Shown piece by piece: positions 50,001-59,206 of a stretch of 64,000 nucleotides of DNA. The position numbers and the translations under genes are program-made. Origin of the DNA: Antedon mediterranea (taxonomy: Eukaryota > Animalia > Echinodermata); assembly GCF_964355755.1 (NCBI RefSeq), contig NC_092674.1:23126001-23190000 (forward strand), in the 5' to 3' direction. The notes beneath the pieces were generated by a model. It did no database searches and was not told the DNA's origin. It saw only the letters and a list, made by a program, of their open reading frames with translations. Positions within the stretch are counted from its first letter, which is position 1; every line of letters begins with the position of its first letter.

Positions 50001-53000
50001 CTGGGCAGCTTATTCCTATAGAGAGAAGGTTAAAAACGAAATATATATTGGACTTGGCAGACGTGACATAACCTTTTCGGAAATTTATTACATACAGAAA
50101 TGATACTATCTCACCTCATTCCCATTATACAGAGAATAATGAAATTTGACCTTGACATACCTACGCACGTAGCTTCGTCACCAGTCCATTGCCCATTTGC
50201 TCCACATTTTCTGACGGCTGTTCCTTCTATGTTATACCCTTCGTCACACTCGAATGTACATGTTGAGTCAAATTCGTCATCGGCACTTGAGCAGTCTTTA
50301 CTTCCAAACGCAGGAGATGGTAGGCTTACACATATTATCTCTGTATGAGATAAATATTGTTGTAAAAATAATGGTAAATTTGTAAATGCTACAATACGTT
50401 ACCAGAATCTACGCAATTACTGATCTTGATAGTAGTATAGATTCTGCAACTACCAGTTGTTGTAAATATTGTCTGCTACTTGGTACAACTACTGTACAGT
50501 ATGTTGCCAATATGCAGATGCTGCTGCAACTGCTACCTGTACTTGGTATAACTACAGTATGTTGCAAATATGCAGATGCTGCTGTAATTGATACTTGGTA
50601 CAACTACGGTATGTTGCAAATATGCAGATGCCGCTGCAACTGCTACTTGTTACACAACTACAGCTTTTTACTAATCAATTTTAAGTTACTCCTGTATCTC
50701 CTATAGTCCTGCTAAAGACAATTACTCACTTTCACATAAAGCTTGTGATTCTGTCCAAGCTCCTGTAGGAAGACACTGCCTTGTTCTAGATCTCACATCG
50801 GTTAACTGATAGCCTTCGTTACATTCAAATTTACAACGAGTGTTGAATGTATTATCACAGTCTTCTGGTATCTTCTTTCCATTGATTGGTGCTGCTAACG
50901 CTGGACATGTTGACACTATTTGATAGAACATTTCTTTTTTAAAACACAATGAAGAATAATGAAACTTATTCCAATTCAGAAAGGGGGTCGAACACTCATC
51001 CTAACGACTTTTGACACAAGGGTCAAGTCTAATACAACACTAAATATTTTGTTTCTCATTTGCAATAATGACATGCCATTACAGATAAGCTGTTAAGTTG
51101 AGTGTGCGAGAGACGTCATTGCATTGTCCAGAAGTTGGCAGCTGGTGACATTATGTAACCCTTAGGGGAGAAGAATGTGGTTAAAAAAGTGTAAAATCTA
51201 AATCTACAGCGCCATGAGTGCTATTGGAAACTTCATTACCATTATCATTATCTTTGTTACATGTGCTTTAAATTGTATTATTGTCATATTTTGACAAACT
51301 ATAAATATAGTATAGTAATATTTGAAACTTACATTGACATGGCCGACCGGTTGCTGGGTTTCCATCATAGCCTTCAATACATACACATTCTGCCATTGAT
51401 TCGGCTCCATAATCGAGTGTTGTGGCATGTTCTGGGCATGGAGTACATTCTTCCAAAGGCTCCACCACATCCTTGTACGTTCCTCTAGGACATGCTAAGA
51501 AAACAAATGTATTTACGGCAACAGTTTTAATCTATTGATATAGTTATAAAGTGAGTGAGTGGCTGAGCGGTTAAGACAGTGGAATAATACGTAATATAAC
51601 ATATATAACATCGGCAAGGGTTCGAATCTCACTCGCTCTATGGTTCTGGTGGTAGGACGAGTCTTATCGGATAAGGACAGTAATTTAAACTGTAATCACA
51701 TAATATGATTAAATATTGAACCTTGAACTGAAATTGAGAAATTAAAACAGATCAATCGAAAAAGTTTCTCCATGACTAGTGTTACTTACGTATACATCTA
51801 CTGACAAGACCACTCAGTCCTTTGTAACCCAGTCCGCAAACACAGTCGTGGCTACCACCAACCAGGGCACACGTGCACTGTGCGTACGTATCACAGCAGC
51901 CAATACCAGGAAAGGGATCTGCGCATAGTGTGTCACAAGCGGAGAGTGAAACTGTCTTGTCCCACTTTACTTCGTGTGGATCTGAAAAGAAACAAGTGGA
52001 GAAATTAGAGAATAAATGGATATGTACGTGTCAATGTCAATAGTAAGTGATCATTGATATGACATGGACAATTATGTGTAGTTTAAAATACGTCGAGTTA
52101 TTTTTTAGATGGTAGAAGTTCTTCAGACTGTACAAGAAATCATTTATAACGTAGCTAGCAAAAAAGTGTTCCAATGTTTTATACTGATGGGCTACTGTAG
52201 TTCTGTTGACAAACAAATGTCAGAAAACTGTATAAAAATAGGTTTACCGGAGTTTGAAAACCTTTCTTTGCAAACTCTGAGTTTTATCTAAGTCAAATAA
52301 ATGATAGTGCTCAAATGTACAGTACATAGTTATTCGCATTTTTTATTTTATTCTACCTCCTCTGATCCGGTAGGCTAGTTGTTGAAACTGGTGAAAATTA
52401 CTATACTGAAATGTATGTTCGGCGTCAGTGGCAATCTTTTCAAGCTGTTCCTTATCGAAGAGACCGACTCCAAAAGTGAAAACCTCAACATGTGCAAGTT
52501 TGAGTGCAGCTGCTGTAGTCAGTGGGTCACCTCCAACGTTTGCAATTCCATCACTTAGCAGAATAAGGGCCTAAATTATAATACAAAATCACATTTTTTA
52601 CCAACATTCCACCATAATACTGATTACTTTACTGTGAAGTTTGGTAATCTTCAATTAATTAGGTTAATTATATTATTCAAAAATAAATGTAAATGTGTTT
52701 AGTTTGAATACCTTTTACACATTGAACTTTAATCTATTATTCAGGGTGAATACTTTATAAGCATCGAGTCATCATTAACCGTTTGATTTTGACCCAAGAA
52801 TTCAAGTCATCTGTATACATGATTTGAGCTTATTTAAATATCATATTTAGGACTATCATCTTTGGTCTTTGGTCTTTGGAGTGACGCTAAGTAGAGTATG
52901 ACTACTTTAGGCCTATAAGCTGAGAGTGAAATGAGATTACTGTATATTCATACAATATAATATCCTCTATGTATTTCCTAATATGATATCTGCCCGAGAC

Positions 53001-53576
53001 ACGAGTTTAGTTTAGTAACTTCTAACTATTAGGAGTTTCCTATCTTTAATACAAGTTATTTTAACATTATCGGGGTGCGGTCTTTATCGTCAAAGTTTAT
53101 TTTAGTATAAAACTATTGTTACAATGCTGTTTCATTACCTTTTTGACACCATGTCTAGCATTAGCCAGAACATTTTGAGCCTCTATCAGCGCGCCATTGA
53201 TGTTAGTTTTACCTCCCCGTTCATATTGTACCAGTTGAATTTCAGACGAAAAATGACATTTATTTTTCGGCTTTTGACCAATGTAATCAATGTTTCTGAC
53301 GACATCTTCACTGTAGCTTATCACTGCAACTCGGGTTGCTTCAGGGGCAATCGTAAACTCGGTCAGCAGACTATCAACAAAGCTTTTCTCAACTTCGAAA
53401 TTCCCGGCACCAACGCTTCCAGAACGGTCTAAAAGAAAAACCAACTCAGATTGACCATGTGGAAAATCTCGTTTCAGAGCGGAGTCAAATATATCATTAC
53501 AGTTAACAAAAACTGCAATGTGAACCAATATTACCACTAGGCCTATTGAACGCATGTTGATATTTGAATTGGCCAT
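30867..53576 (-). CDS. SVEP1: SVEP1/polydom-like extracellular protein (vWA, EGF, ephrin-receptor-like, sushi/CCP, HYR, pentraxin), 31 exons, about 2074 aa
   Basis: 31 GT-AG exons summing to 6225 nt in frame. Domain order SP, vWA (DRSGS MIDAS), EGF, GCC2/3, 3xCCP, 2xHYR, CCP, RRRRR linker, 3xGCC2/3, 6xEGF, pentraxin, 3xEGF, CCP, 3x cbEGF, 4xCCP is diagnostic of the SVEP1 family. The exact last exon is slightly uncertain. Confidence 0.9.
31700..31861 (-). CDS. SVEP1: SVEP1-like exon 30 (CCP)
   Basis: [12 protein letters not shown]...[17 protein letters not shown]...WSGVDPYC. Confidence 0.88.
32158..34463. mobile_element. Foldback-type element with long inverted arms built of 160-bp tandem units
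   Basis: Termini ATAGTCTAGG / CCTAGACTAT. About 110-bp unique outer TIR, then about 4 (left) and about 4.5 (right) inverted 160-bp units. It splits a host MITE (32046-32148 and 34464-34488). Confidence 0.88.
34635..34754 (-). CDS. SVEP1: SVEP1-like exon 29 (Ca-binding EGF)
   Basis: [30 protein letters not shown]. Confidence 0.88.
34980..35057. repeat. (TCTG)n microsatellite
   Basis: Perfect tetranucleotide run. Confidence 0.95.
35093..35221 (-). CDS. SVEP1: SVEP1-like exon 28 (Ca-binding EGF)
   Basis: [33 protein letters not shown]. Confidence 0.87.
35590..35718 (-). CDS. SVEP1: SVEP1-like exon 27 (Ca-binding EGF)
   Basis: [29 protein letters not shown]. Confidence 0.88.
36495..36674 (-). 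CDS. SVEP1: SVEP1-like exon 26 (CCP)
   Basis: [12 protein letters not shown]...ECPDGF...[14 protein letters not shown]. Confidence 0.88.
36788..36919 (-). CDS. SVEP1: SVEP1-like exon 25 (EGF)
   Basis: [33 protein letters not shown]. Confidence 0.88.
37464..37676 (-). CDS. SVEP1: SVEP1-like exon 24 (2 EGF)
   Basis: [16 protein letters not shown]...[11 protein letters not shown]...CNLGYT. Confidence 0.88.
38239..38399 (-). CDS. SVEP1: SVEP1-like exon 23 (pentraxin end)
   Basis: [13 protein letters not shown]...GIVRSWPDF...SQFCT. Confidence 0.9.
38481..38646 (-). CDS. SVEP1: SVEP1-like exon 22 (pentraxin)
   Basis: GSWTFYKDG...[31 protein letters not shown]. Confidence 0.9.
38830..39380. repeat. 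Minisatellite, 16-bp unit
   Basis: GATGGAAGTTATGTTT. Confidence 0.9.
40185..40490 (-). CDS. SVEP1: SVEP1-like exon 21 (pentraxin)
   Basis: VTVGFWMKS...GTPFSYAV...DNALTLTDY...[14 protein letters not shown]. Confidence 0.9.
40965..41149 (-). CDS. SVEP1: SVEP1-like exon 20 (EGF)
   Basis: [28 protein letters not shown]...[12 protein letters not shown]. Confidence 0.9.
41646..41863 (-). CDS. SVEP1: SVEP1-like exon 19 (EGF)
   Basis: IDGYTCTC...[12 protein letters not shown]...[14 protein letters not shown]. Confidence 0.9.
42936..43048 (-). CDS. SVEP1: SVEP1-like exon 18 (EGF)
   Basis: [38 protein letters not shown]. Confidence 0.9.
43450..43620 (-). CDS. SVEP1: SVEP1-like exon 17 (EGF)
   Basis: [16 protein letters not shown]...[17 protein letters not shown]. 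Confidence 0.9.
43884..44045 (-). CDS. SVEP1: SVEP1-like exon 16 (ephrin-receptor-like)
   Basis: [24 protein letters not shown]. Confidence 0.9.
44341..44460. mobile_element. PIF/Harbinger-like MITE copy
   Basis: CTTTGTCTACACTATCAAAC...GTTTGATAGTGTACACAGAGCT. Confidence 0.7.
44597..44758 (-). CDS. SVEP1: SVEP1-like exon 15 (ephrin-receptor-like)
   Basis: [23 protein letters not shown]. Confidence 0.9.
45062..45223 (-). CDS. SVEP1: SVEP1-like exon 14 (ephrin-receptor-like)
   Basis: [10 protein letters not shown]...[18 protein letters not shown]. Confidence 0.9.
45387..45600 (-). CDS. SVEP1: SVEP1-like exon 13
   Basis: [15 protein letters not shown]...[15 protein letters not shown]. Confidence 0.85.
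45897..46198 (-). CDS. SVEP1: SVEP1-like exon 12 (linker with polybasic RRRRR)
   Basis: YYAGNC...[18 protein letters not shown]...ISFNV. Confidence 0.85.
46512..46712 (-). CDS. SVEP1: SVEP1-like exon 11 (CCP-like)
   Basis: [14 protein letters not shown]...[11 protein letters not shown]...WPDCS. Confidence 0.88.
47212..47536 (+). mobile_element. tRNA-derived SINE, full length
   Basis: A-box TGGCCGTGCGG and B-box GGTTCGA; central GGATAAGGACTATAAACCGTAGG...AAAGAACC...GAGTAGGGGG domain; (ATTCA)n tail. Confidence 0.8.
47679..47787 (-). CDS. SVEP1: SVEP1-like exon 10 (HYR2 C-half)
   Basis: [36 protein letters not shown]. Confidence 0.88.
48122..48252 (-). CDS. SVEP1: SVEP1-like exon 9 (HYR2 N-half)
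   Basis: [11 protein letters not shown]...[13 protein letters not shown]. Confidence 0.88.
48563..48817 (-). CDS. SVEP1: SVEP1-like exon 8 (HYR)
   Basis: [10 protein letters not shown]...WNDPVITDN...[18 protein letters not shown]...CFFKI. Confidence 0.9.
49557..49708. mobile_element. PIF/Harbinger-like MITE copy
   Basis: AGCTCTGTCGACATTATCAAACTAG...CTAGTTTGATAG. Confidence 0.65.
49821..50015 (-). CDS. SVEP1: SVEP1-like exon 7 (CCP)
   Basis: [10 protein letters not shown]...CVIGCKKGY...CQPAGEW...IC. Confidence 0.88.
50161..50340 (-). CDS. SVEP1: SVEP1-like exon 6 (CCP)
   Basis: [10 protein letters not shown]...[13 protein letters not shown]...[14 protein letters not shown]. Confidence 0.9.
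50440..50662. repeat. Tandem repeat, about 55-60 bp unit
   Basis: TACTTGGTACAACTACAGTATGTTGCAAATATGCAGATGCTGCTG. Confidence 0.75.
50730..50915 (-). CDS. SVEP1: SVEP1-like exon 5 (CCP)
   Basis: [10 protein letters not shown]...[11 protein letters not shown]...CLPTGAW...C. Confidence 0.9.
51333..51494 (-). CDS. SVEP1: SVEP1-like exon 4 (ephrin-receptor-like repeat)
   Basis: [43 protein letters not shown]. Confidence 0.9.
51550..51680 (+). mobile_element. 5' fragment of the same SINE family as 47212
   Basis: AGTGAGTGAGTGGC...GGTTAAGACAGTGGAA...GGTTCGA...GGATAAGGAC near-identical to 47212-47340. Confidence 0.75.
51790..51981 (-). CDS. SVEP1: SVEP1-like exon 3 (EGF-like)
   Basis: [27 protein letters not shown]. 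Confidence 0.88.
52357..52570 (-). CDS. SVEP1: SVEP1-like exon 2 (vWA C-half)
   Basis: [16 protein letters not shown]...VEVFTFGVG...LEKIAT. Confidence 0.9.
53139..53576 (-). CDS. SVEP1: SVEP1-like exon 1 (signal peptide, vWA N-half)
   Basis: [26 protein letters not shown]...[13 protein letters not shown]...GGKTN...HGVKK|gtaatg. Confidence 0.9.
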
Positions 53577-55706
53577 CAGTTTGACGAAGTCTTTGTCGCT
53601 AACGGTCAGGTGTCGATGGTTGAAGATTCAGTACCAAGGTTAACCGGGTTAGGCATCCAAGATTCATAAAACCTTTCGAAAGTTAAATATTCAAGGAAGT
53701 TAGCTAAAGTATTGAACTAATATCTCGAAGTAATCTGGCACTTCCGTTTGTAGATAATACTTCCTTTAGATCCTGGTCCAGGCAAAAACAATAGACAATT
53801 AATTTCACTTGAAACCTGGTTCACCTCTACAATTTAATTTAATTGGTTATTCGTGGTTCCATGATTGCATATCAGTTTCATTGCCCTGGGTTCAAATCAT
53901 TCTTAAATAGATAGAACATTTTATTTTATTTTTAAAACCAGAAACAACAGCAGAGACAAATCCGCCACTTACAGCTTGGTTAGATGCAAAGACAATTACA
54001 ACAACTCAGAAACACTTAAAATGACGACGAAACAGATAAAGATTTAAAATGTTGATATGTGGATGGGCCTGGACTAAACTGTTATAAGATAAACTTAATC
54101 TACTGATGTAACAATTTTAAAGAGATTTTTTTTTACCCTACTAAAGGGAACACAAAGGATGTTGTTCTTTCTTAAATTGAACACGAATATATAAAATTGC
54201 AGTCAAAAATAGAATGAAGACATTTAAAAAGAAAAATAAGATAATTGTGATATCTACGAAAGGAAGGGGGGAGATATGGAATATATTTTTTTTCATCGTC
54301 ACAATTATAAGGATCGTTACATTTATAAAGGTTATTCTGATTGTGTCTGATGTAATCTAGAGTGGAGTCGGTCAATACGTGAGGCTTGGGGTTTGGTTGA
54401 ATTGTAACTAAGAGAACAAAAGTTCAAATTAGGTTGGATAAGGGCGATATATAGCTAAACTTTGGAAGAACGACTAAGATATTATATTCCATTTTTTTAG
54501 GTAATACTCCAATCCAATGTGAGTTGTGTAACAATAGTGTATACTGTACCTTTACCACACATCTCGTATGGCTGTTATTTAAACATTTATGTAAACGTTT
54601 TTGGTCAACATTTTTCACAAATATATCATATTCTTTTAAAGTAATTTAATATTGTTTTTATTTTTAGTCACGTGCGTGCAATGCGACTCTATAGCTCACT
54701 ATGTGGGTCGGTTGGTAAACACTAACTCACATTTTCACACGCGACAGCAGCAATGTATATGGGCTTGGTACTTTTGTTATTGATGTTAATAACTACCCTA
54801 TTATTGTTTAAGGGTCTCGGCTTAAAAGTTCCCTTTTCCATAACTTAATGATATCTTTGTACATATCCTTAGTTTTATGGAATAAATTGATCTTGATTGA
54901 TTGATTGAATATAAAAGATATGGACGGTAATGCTTTGACGTACGAAATACCAAATAAGAATCGGTAACCAGGAGTAGGTGTTTGGCAAGGATATAAATCC
55001 AATCTAGGGTTTTTTGTAAGTAAAACAACGGAAGGGTAGGCACGTCAAGTGCTTTAGTCTACTTGATTATTTCCTAATATTATCTACTTGAAAACAATTA
55101 CAAGATTTTCAAAACCCTTCCTTGTTGGCCTCAACCCAATATCCTGCAATTTGTTTTGAAATATGTGCACATATTTCAATTGTAACAATTGATGAAATGT
55201 AGAATAGAGTGAATTAAACATATTCGTAATAAAAGCTTTGAATATTAATCAATTTCTATATGACCTACCTACAACTGAGATCCAAGTTTAGAGATATGAG
55301 TTAACATGTTTCTTCTTTATAGATGTCAAATATTTTGGACAGAGGTCCTATCTTATCTTATCTAACACTTCTAATCTTTAACCTAACAAAATTCCAAGCT
55401 CATCGAGTGGTTCAAGCTCCTAATAAAGTCTAACCGAGAGGTCCATTCGCCCCGAAAGGGTATCACTAATTTTCTACCCTCTTGATCTATTTTTCCGAGA
55501 CAGCACTTAGTTATATTGATTGATATCAATTTCCTTAATGCAAGAGTAAAAATATTGAAGTCTTTACGATTTAATTATATCAATTAACACAGTGGTCTGG
55601 ACATCATTATAAAAGAGTTCTATCTTTGAATAGATATATAATCCCCCCCCCCTCCTGGTACCATAATTTAGATAGTTTGCCTGAACTTACAAAGTAGGGA
55701 TCATAA

Positions 55707-55804
55707 AGCTCTGTCTACGCTATCAAAAAAATGTGATGTGCCCATATATGTCATGGCACATCACATTTTTTTGTCACATATAATGTGATAGTGTAGACAT
55801 AGCT
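55707..55804. mobile_element. PIF/Harbinger-like MITE (TAA TSD)
   Basis: TAA|AGCTCTGTCTAC...GTGTAGACATAGCT|TAA. Other copies at about 1780-1885, 12757-12886, 32046 (split), 44341-44460 and 49557-49708. Confidence 0.75.
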
Positions 55805-56830
55805 TAAGACACATCGTATATCGGATATTGTTAGTTGATACCAGTATTATAAAAAAATACCAATTGAAAATATCGGAAATATTGATTGATTGATTAATTG
55901 ATTTCAGATTATTTACTATGTTCCGATAATGTTATTATTTCTTATTACCTCCTTCAACCTACGCATTTGTCAAAACACCTTGTAAACAAAAACATTTACA
56001 GTCAATTCAAAGTCGAAATTTTCTGTGAGACGTTAATATGGTGACCACAAGAAATCCGGTTTCCAAATAACAGGTGGCAAATCTACCACCATTCTTTGAA
56101 AAAGTATATTATGTTTATTAAAAAAAATTATTTAAATCGGTCAGGGGTGTGGGACATTAGCATCGAGTCATAGATACTGTAAACTATTTGGATCTCTAGA
56201 CGTTTCCGAATGAAAGCTGATCGGTTACATCTTTGTTATCGTATAATTTAATTAGTAGTATGCCACATCTCATTATACAGTTAGCAGACATTTTCCATAT
56301 GATCCTGGCCTATTTATACACTACGTCCAACCCTGTTAAAAAACAATCGATGTTGTTTATGAAAATATTTAGGGAAGAAAAAGTGATTGAATGCAAGTGA
56401 GGTTACATGGTGTCAACCAAACCTTTATATAAAAGGTATTTGTTGTAAAGAGTGTAAATATTCTTATAGGCAAGTCTACTGCAACATCATTATCATGAAA
56501 TGAAATTAATGAAAGGTACACTATCTGGAAATACAGAGCGATTGATTTTATAGCTGAATAGTGGGATTTATTTTCAAGTCTACCACTAAATGTTGTAAAT
56601 TATAATTCTCTAAACTATTTCAATGATAACCTCATTGACGTAGTATCTCCATTAGGAACAAATTAATAATAGTAACAGTGAGTAGTTAGATATGATAAGG
56701 TCAGTGCAGTCTACTACGGATCCGCTAATTTAAGATCCTTCCAACATAAATTTTTTTTTTAAGTCATCGCTTAACTCCCTTGATAATTTAGAAATAAAAA
56801 ATGTTAATAATATTCTGTAATATAGACAAT

Positions 56831-57019
56831 AGGGAGCTTTCGATTTGCGATGGCCGACGACCTACGTCAGGTTAATTTGTGAGTCGCCGGTCGTCGACTG
56901 GACCTAGAAACCATCTAGTGGTGGTGGGGTGGGAACACGCGTCCCAATAATTCCACATGCGCACAACAAACTAACATGACGTAGTTTGGTCGTCAGGCGT
57001 CGCAAATCGAAAGCTCCCT
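56831..57019. mobile_element. MITE
   Basis: 20-bp TIR AGGGAGCTTTCGATTTGCGA / TCGCAAATCGAAAGCTCCCT. Confidence 0.75.
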
Positions 57020-57040
57020 GTTGTATATGTATTTAAATAA

Positions 57041-59186
57041 TCTATATATAAATTTACGTAAGGGCAAAATTCGGTAAATCGCGCCTTACTTTTAGAATTT
57101 TTACTCGATGGTATGTAAAGTTGGTTCGTACTTTCGGTACTGATTTTAACCGCCTGATGTAACCCTGTTTACTAATTAAATTAAGTTAGATAATTAGTTA
57201 TTGACGATAAAAAACGAATTTAGGTTCAATGATTTGCCCCAAATAGGGGTGTTTTCCGATCGTGGTATACACTGTCTAATGGATGTCCATCTTGAAAAAT
57301 ACCCGCCACAAAAATGCGAGGAGGCTTCGCATTTTTCTATCTCCTCCTACGATAATTGTTTTTAATAGCTGAAAACCGGTTGAACAGTTCGAGTACAGCA
57401 TCATAATGTTGAAGACAGGCCGATTTTCTTTAAAAAATACTATTTTGATACATTTAATATACGTTTTTACAAATGTATTGATTTGTGATGAATGGAACAT
57501 TCCAAATTATTTGGTTTAACCATACAGGTATAGATTTAGATTTATGGACCTCCTTGGAGAATAAACATAAATAGTATTGCAATGCTGTACAATACTGTTA
57601 AGGTATTAACCACTTTTGATCGCAATTTGAATCGCAAATGTCTTACTGTGAGTGTTGGTACTGTTAGATGTAATATAAAAATATATACAAATAAACTTTA
57701 TTACTGTGAGTGTGGGTAGGCCCTACTGTTAGATTATAAACATATAATATACAAATAAACATTCCAAATTATTTGGTTTAACCATAGAGGTATAGATTTA
57801 GATTTATGGGCCCCCTTGGAGAATAAACATAAATAGTACTGCAATGCTGTACAATACTGTTAAGGTATTAACCACTTTTGATCGCAATTTGAATCGCAAA
57901 TTTCTTACTGTGAGTGTTGGTACTGTTAGATGTAATATAAAATATATACAAATAAACTTTATTACTGTGAGTGTGGGTAGGCCCTACTGTTAGATTATAA
58001 ACATATAATATACAAATAAATAAACGTTATTACTGACAGTTGCTTCTCAACGTTTGTATTAATTAATAATTTAAAAATATACAAACGTCGTAGTGGTGTA
58101 TCGTTACATGTACTTTACTATTTCAATCGACTATGACAGTGAGAGTTTTAACAAAGTACCGTATTAAATCGTAAAAGTTTTACTGTATTTAGTGGTATAT
58201 TATTTATAGGCCTATAAAACATTAAAAACAATATTTCGTTACTGAGTGGATAAGAATATATTTTAAAATGTTTCCTCTTTGTACCTATCTTCTTTCCCCA
58301 TCCCTCAACCCTTAATGTTACATACAAAACACAAATTGGGTTTGTTTAAATGAGTCCGAATAAAACAAGAAATATTTTTTACAAAAAACGCTGCTCGCTT
58401 ATTGAAAAATATTTTTTATTTCAAATGTTTTTGAATGTGTCATTTTATTGTCACATAATAGTTATTTTACCTGAAAAAATGTAATTTAAAGCAACAAATA
58501 CTTAAATTGTCTGTCAGACAATGGTTTTTGGGTTTCTTTTCTTTTTTTATATGTGAATAAATATTATTTTTTTGTTACAGAAGTGAATACTCAATTTCTG
58601 TCACTTTAGTTAATTTTATTGCTAAGGTCAAATATGGGGGTCACTTCATCACCCTAGATATTTCAATTGTGAAGTATCCTATTACAAACACAAACTTTAA
58701 TGGACTGTTTCGATAATAATTCAATGAATATCTGACAGTGAATATACCAGAAATGCTTAGGGATTTGTAATTTTAGCATGACATGTCCTAATAGACTCTT
58801 TCCCAGACGTTTTTTGGGTCTACTGTAGTAGCTGGAATCAATAAATCATAGTGGAGTTTCCATTTTAACAAAACTGTCTGTCCTTAGAACTATAACTGCT
58901 GCTTGCTTTAGCTTCTGATTGAGTAGTCCTAATGGGACGTAGCGGGCTAGAGCAGCAGCGTGAAAATTTGTTTCTCTCTCGGAAGTAATTCCCAGGGTGC
59001 TAATTTTGGTTGACTACATAAATCATTGTGTATATTTATTCGTTTCTGTAAACGACAGTGTATTATAGTCCTGCGGTACGTACATTTGAAATCTCCATTT
59101 TTTTCTCGCTGGAAATACTGTGTATTCGAGAACCATCTGTGGGCACGACCTAGATGGTACGCGAGCGAAGCGAGCGTGCCATCTAG
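57041..59186 (+). mobile_element. Non-autonomous Helitron (putative)
   Basis: A|TCTATATATAAA 5' end; 3' GCGAGCGAAGCGAGC-containing hairpin ending CTAG|T; internal 262-bp tandem duplication. The 5' boundary is inferred. Confidence 0.55.
57496..58020. repeat. 262-bp tandem duplication
   Basis: 57496-57757 nearly identical to 57758-58020. Confidence 0.9.
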
Positions 59187-59206
59187 TCATTCTAATGGAC
59201 AAATTA

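Noticed and set aside
54130-54620. Possible degraded LINE RT fragment (also 62270-62680, 16700-17160)
   Set aside because: Only faint motif resemblance; too decayed to call without a profile search.
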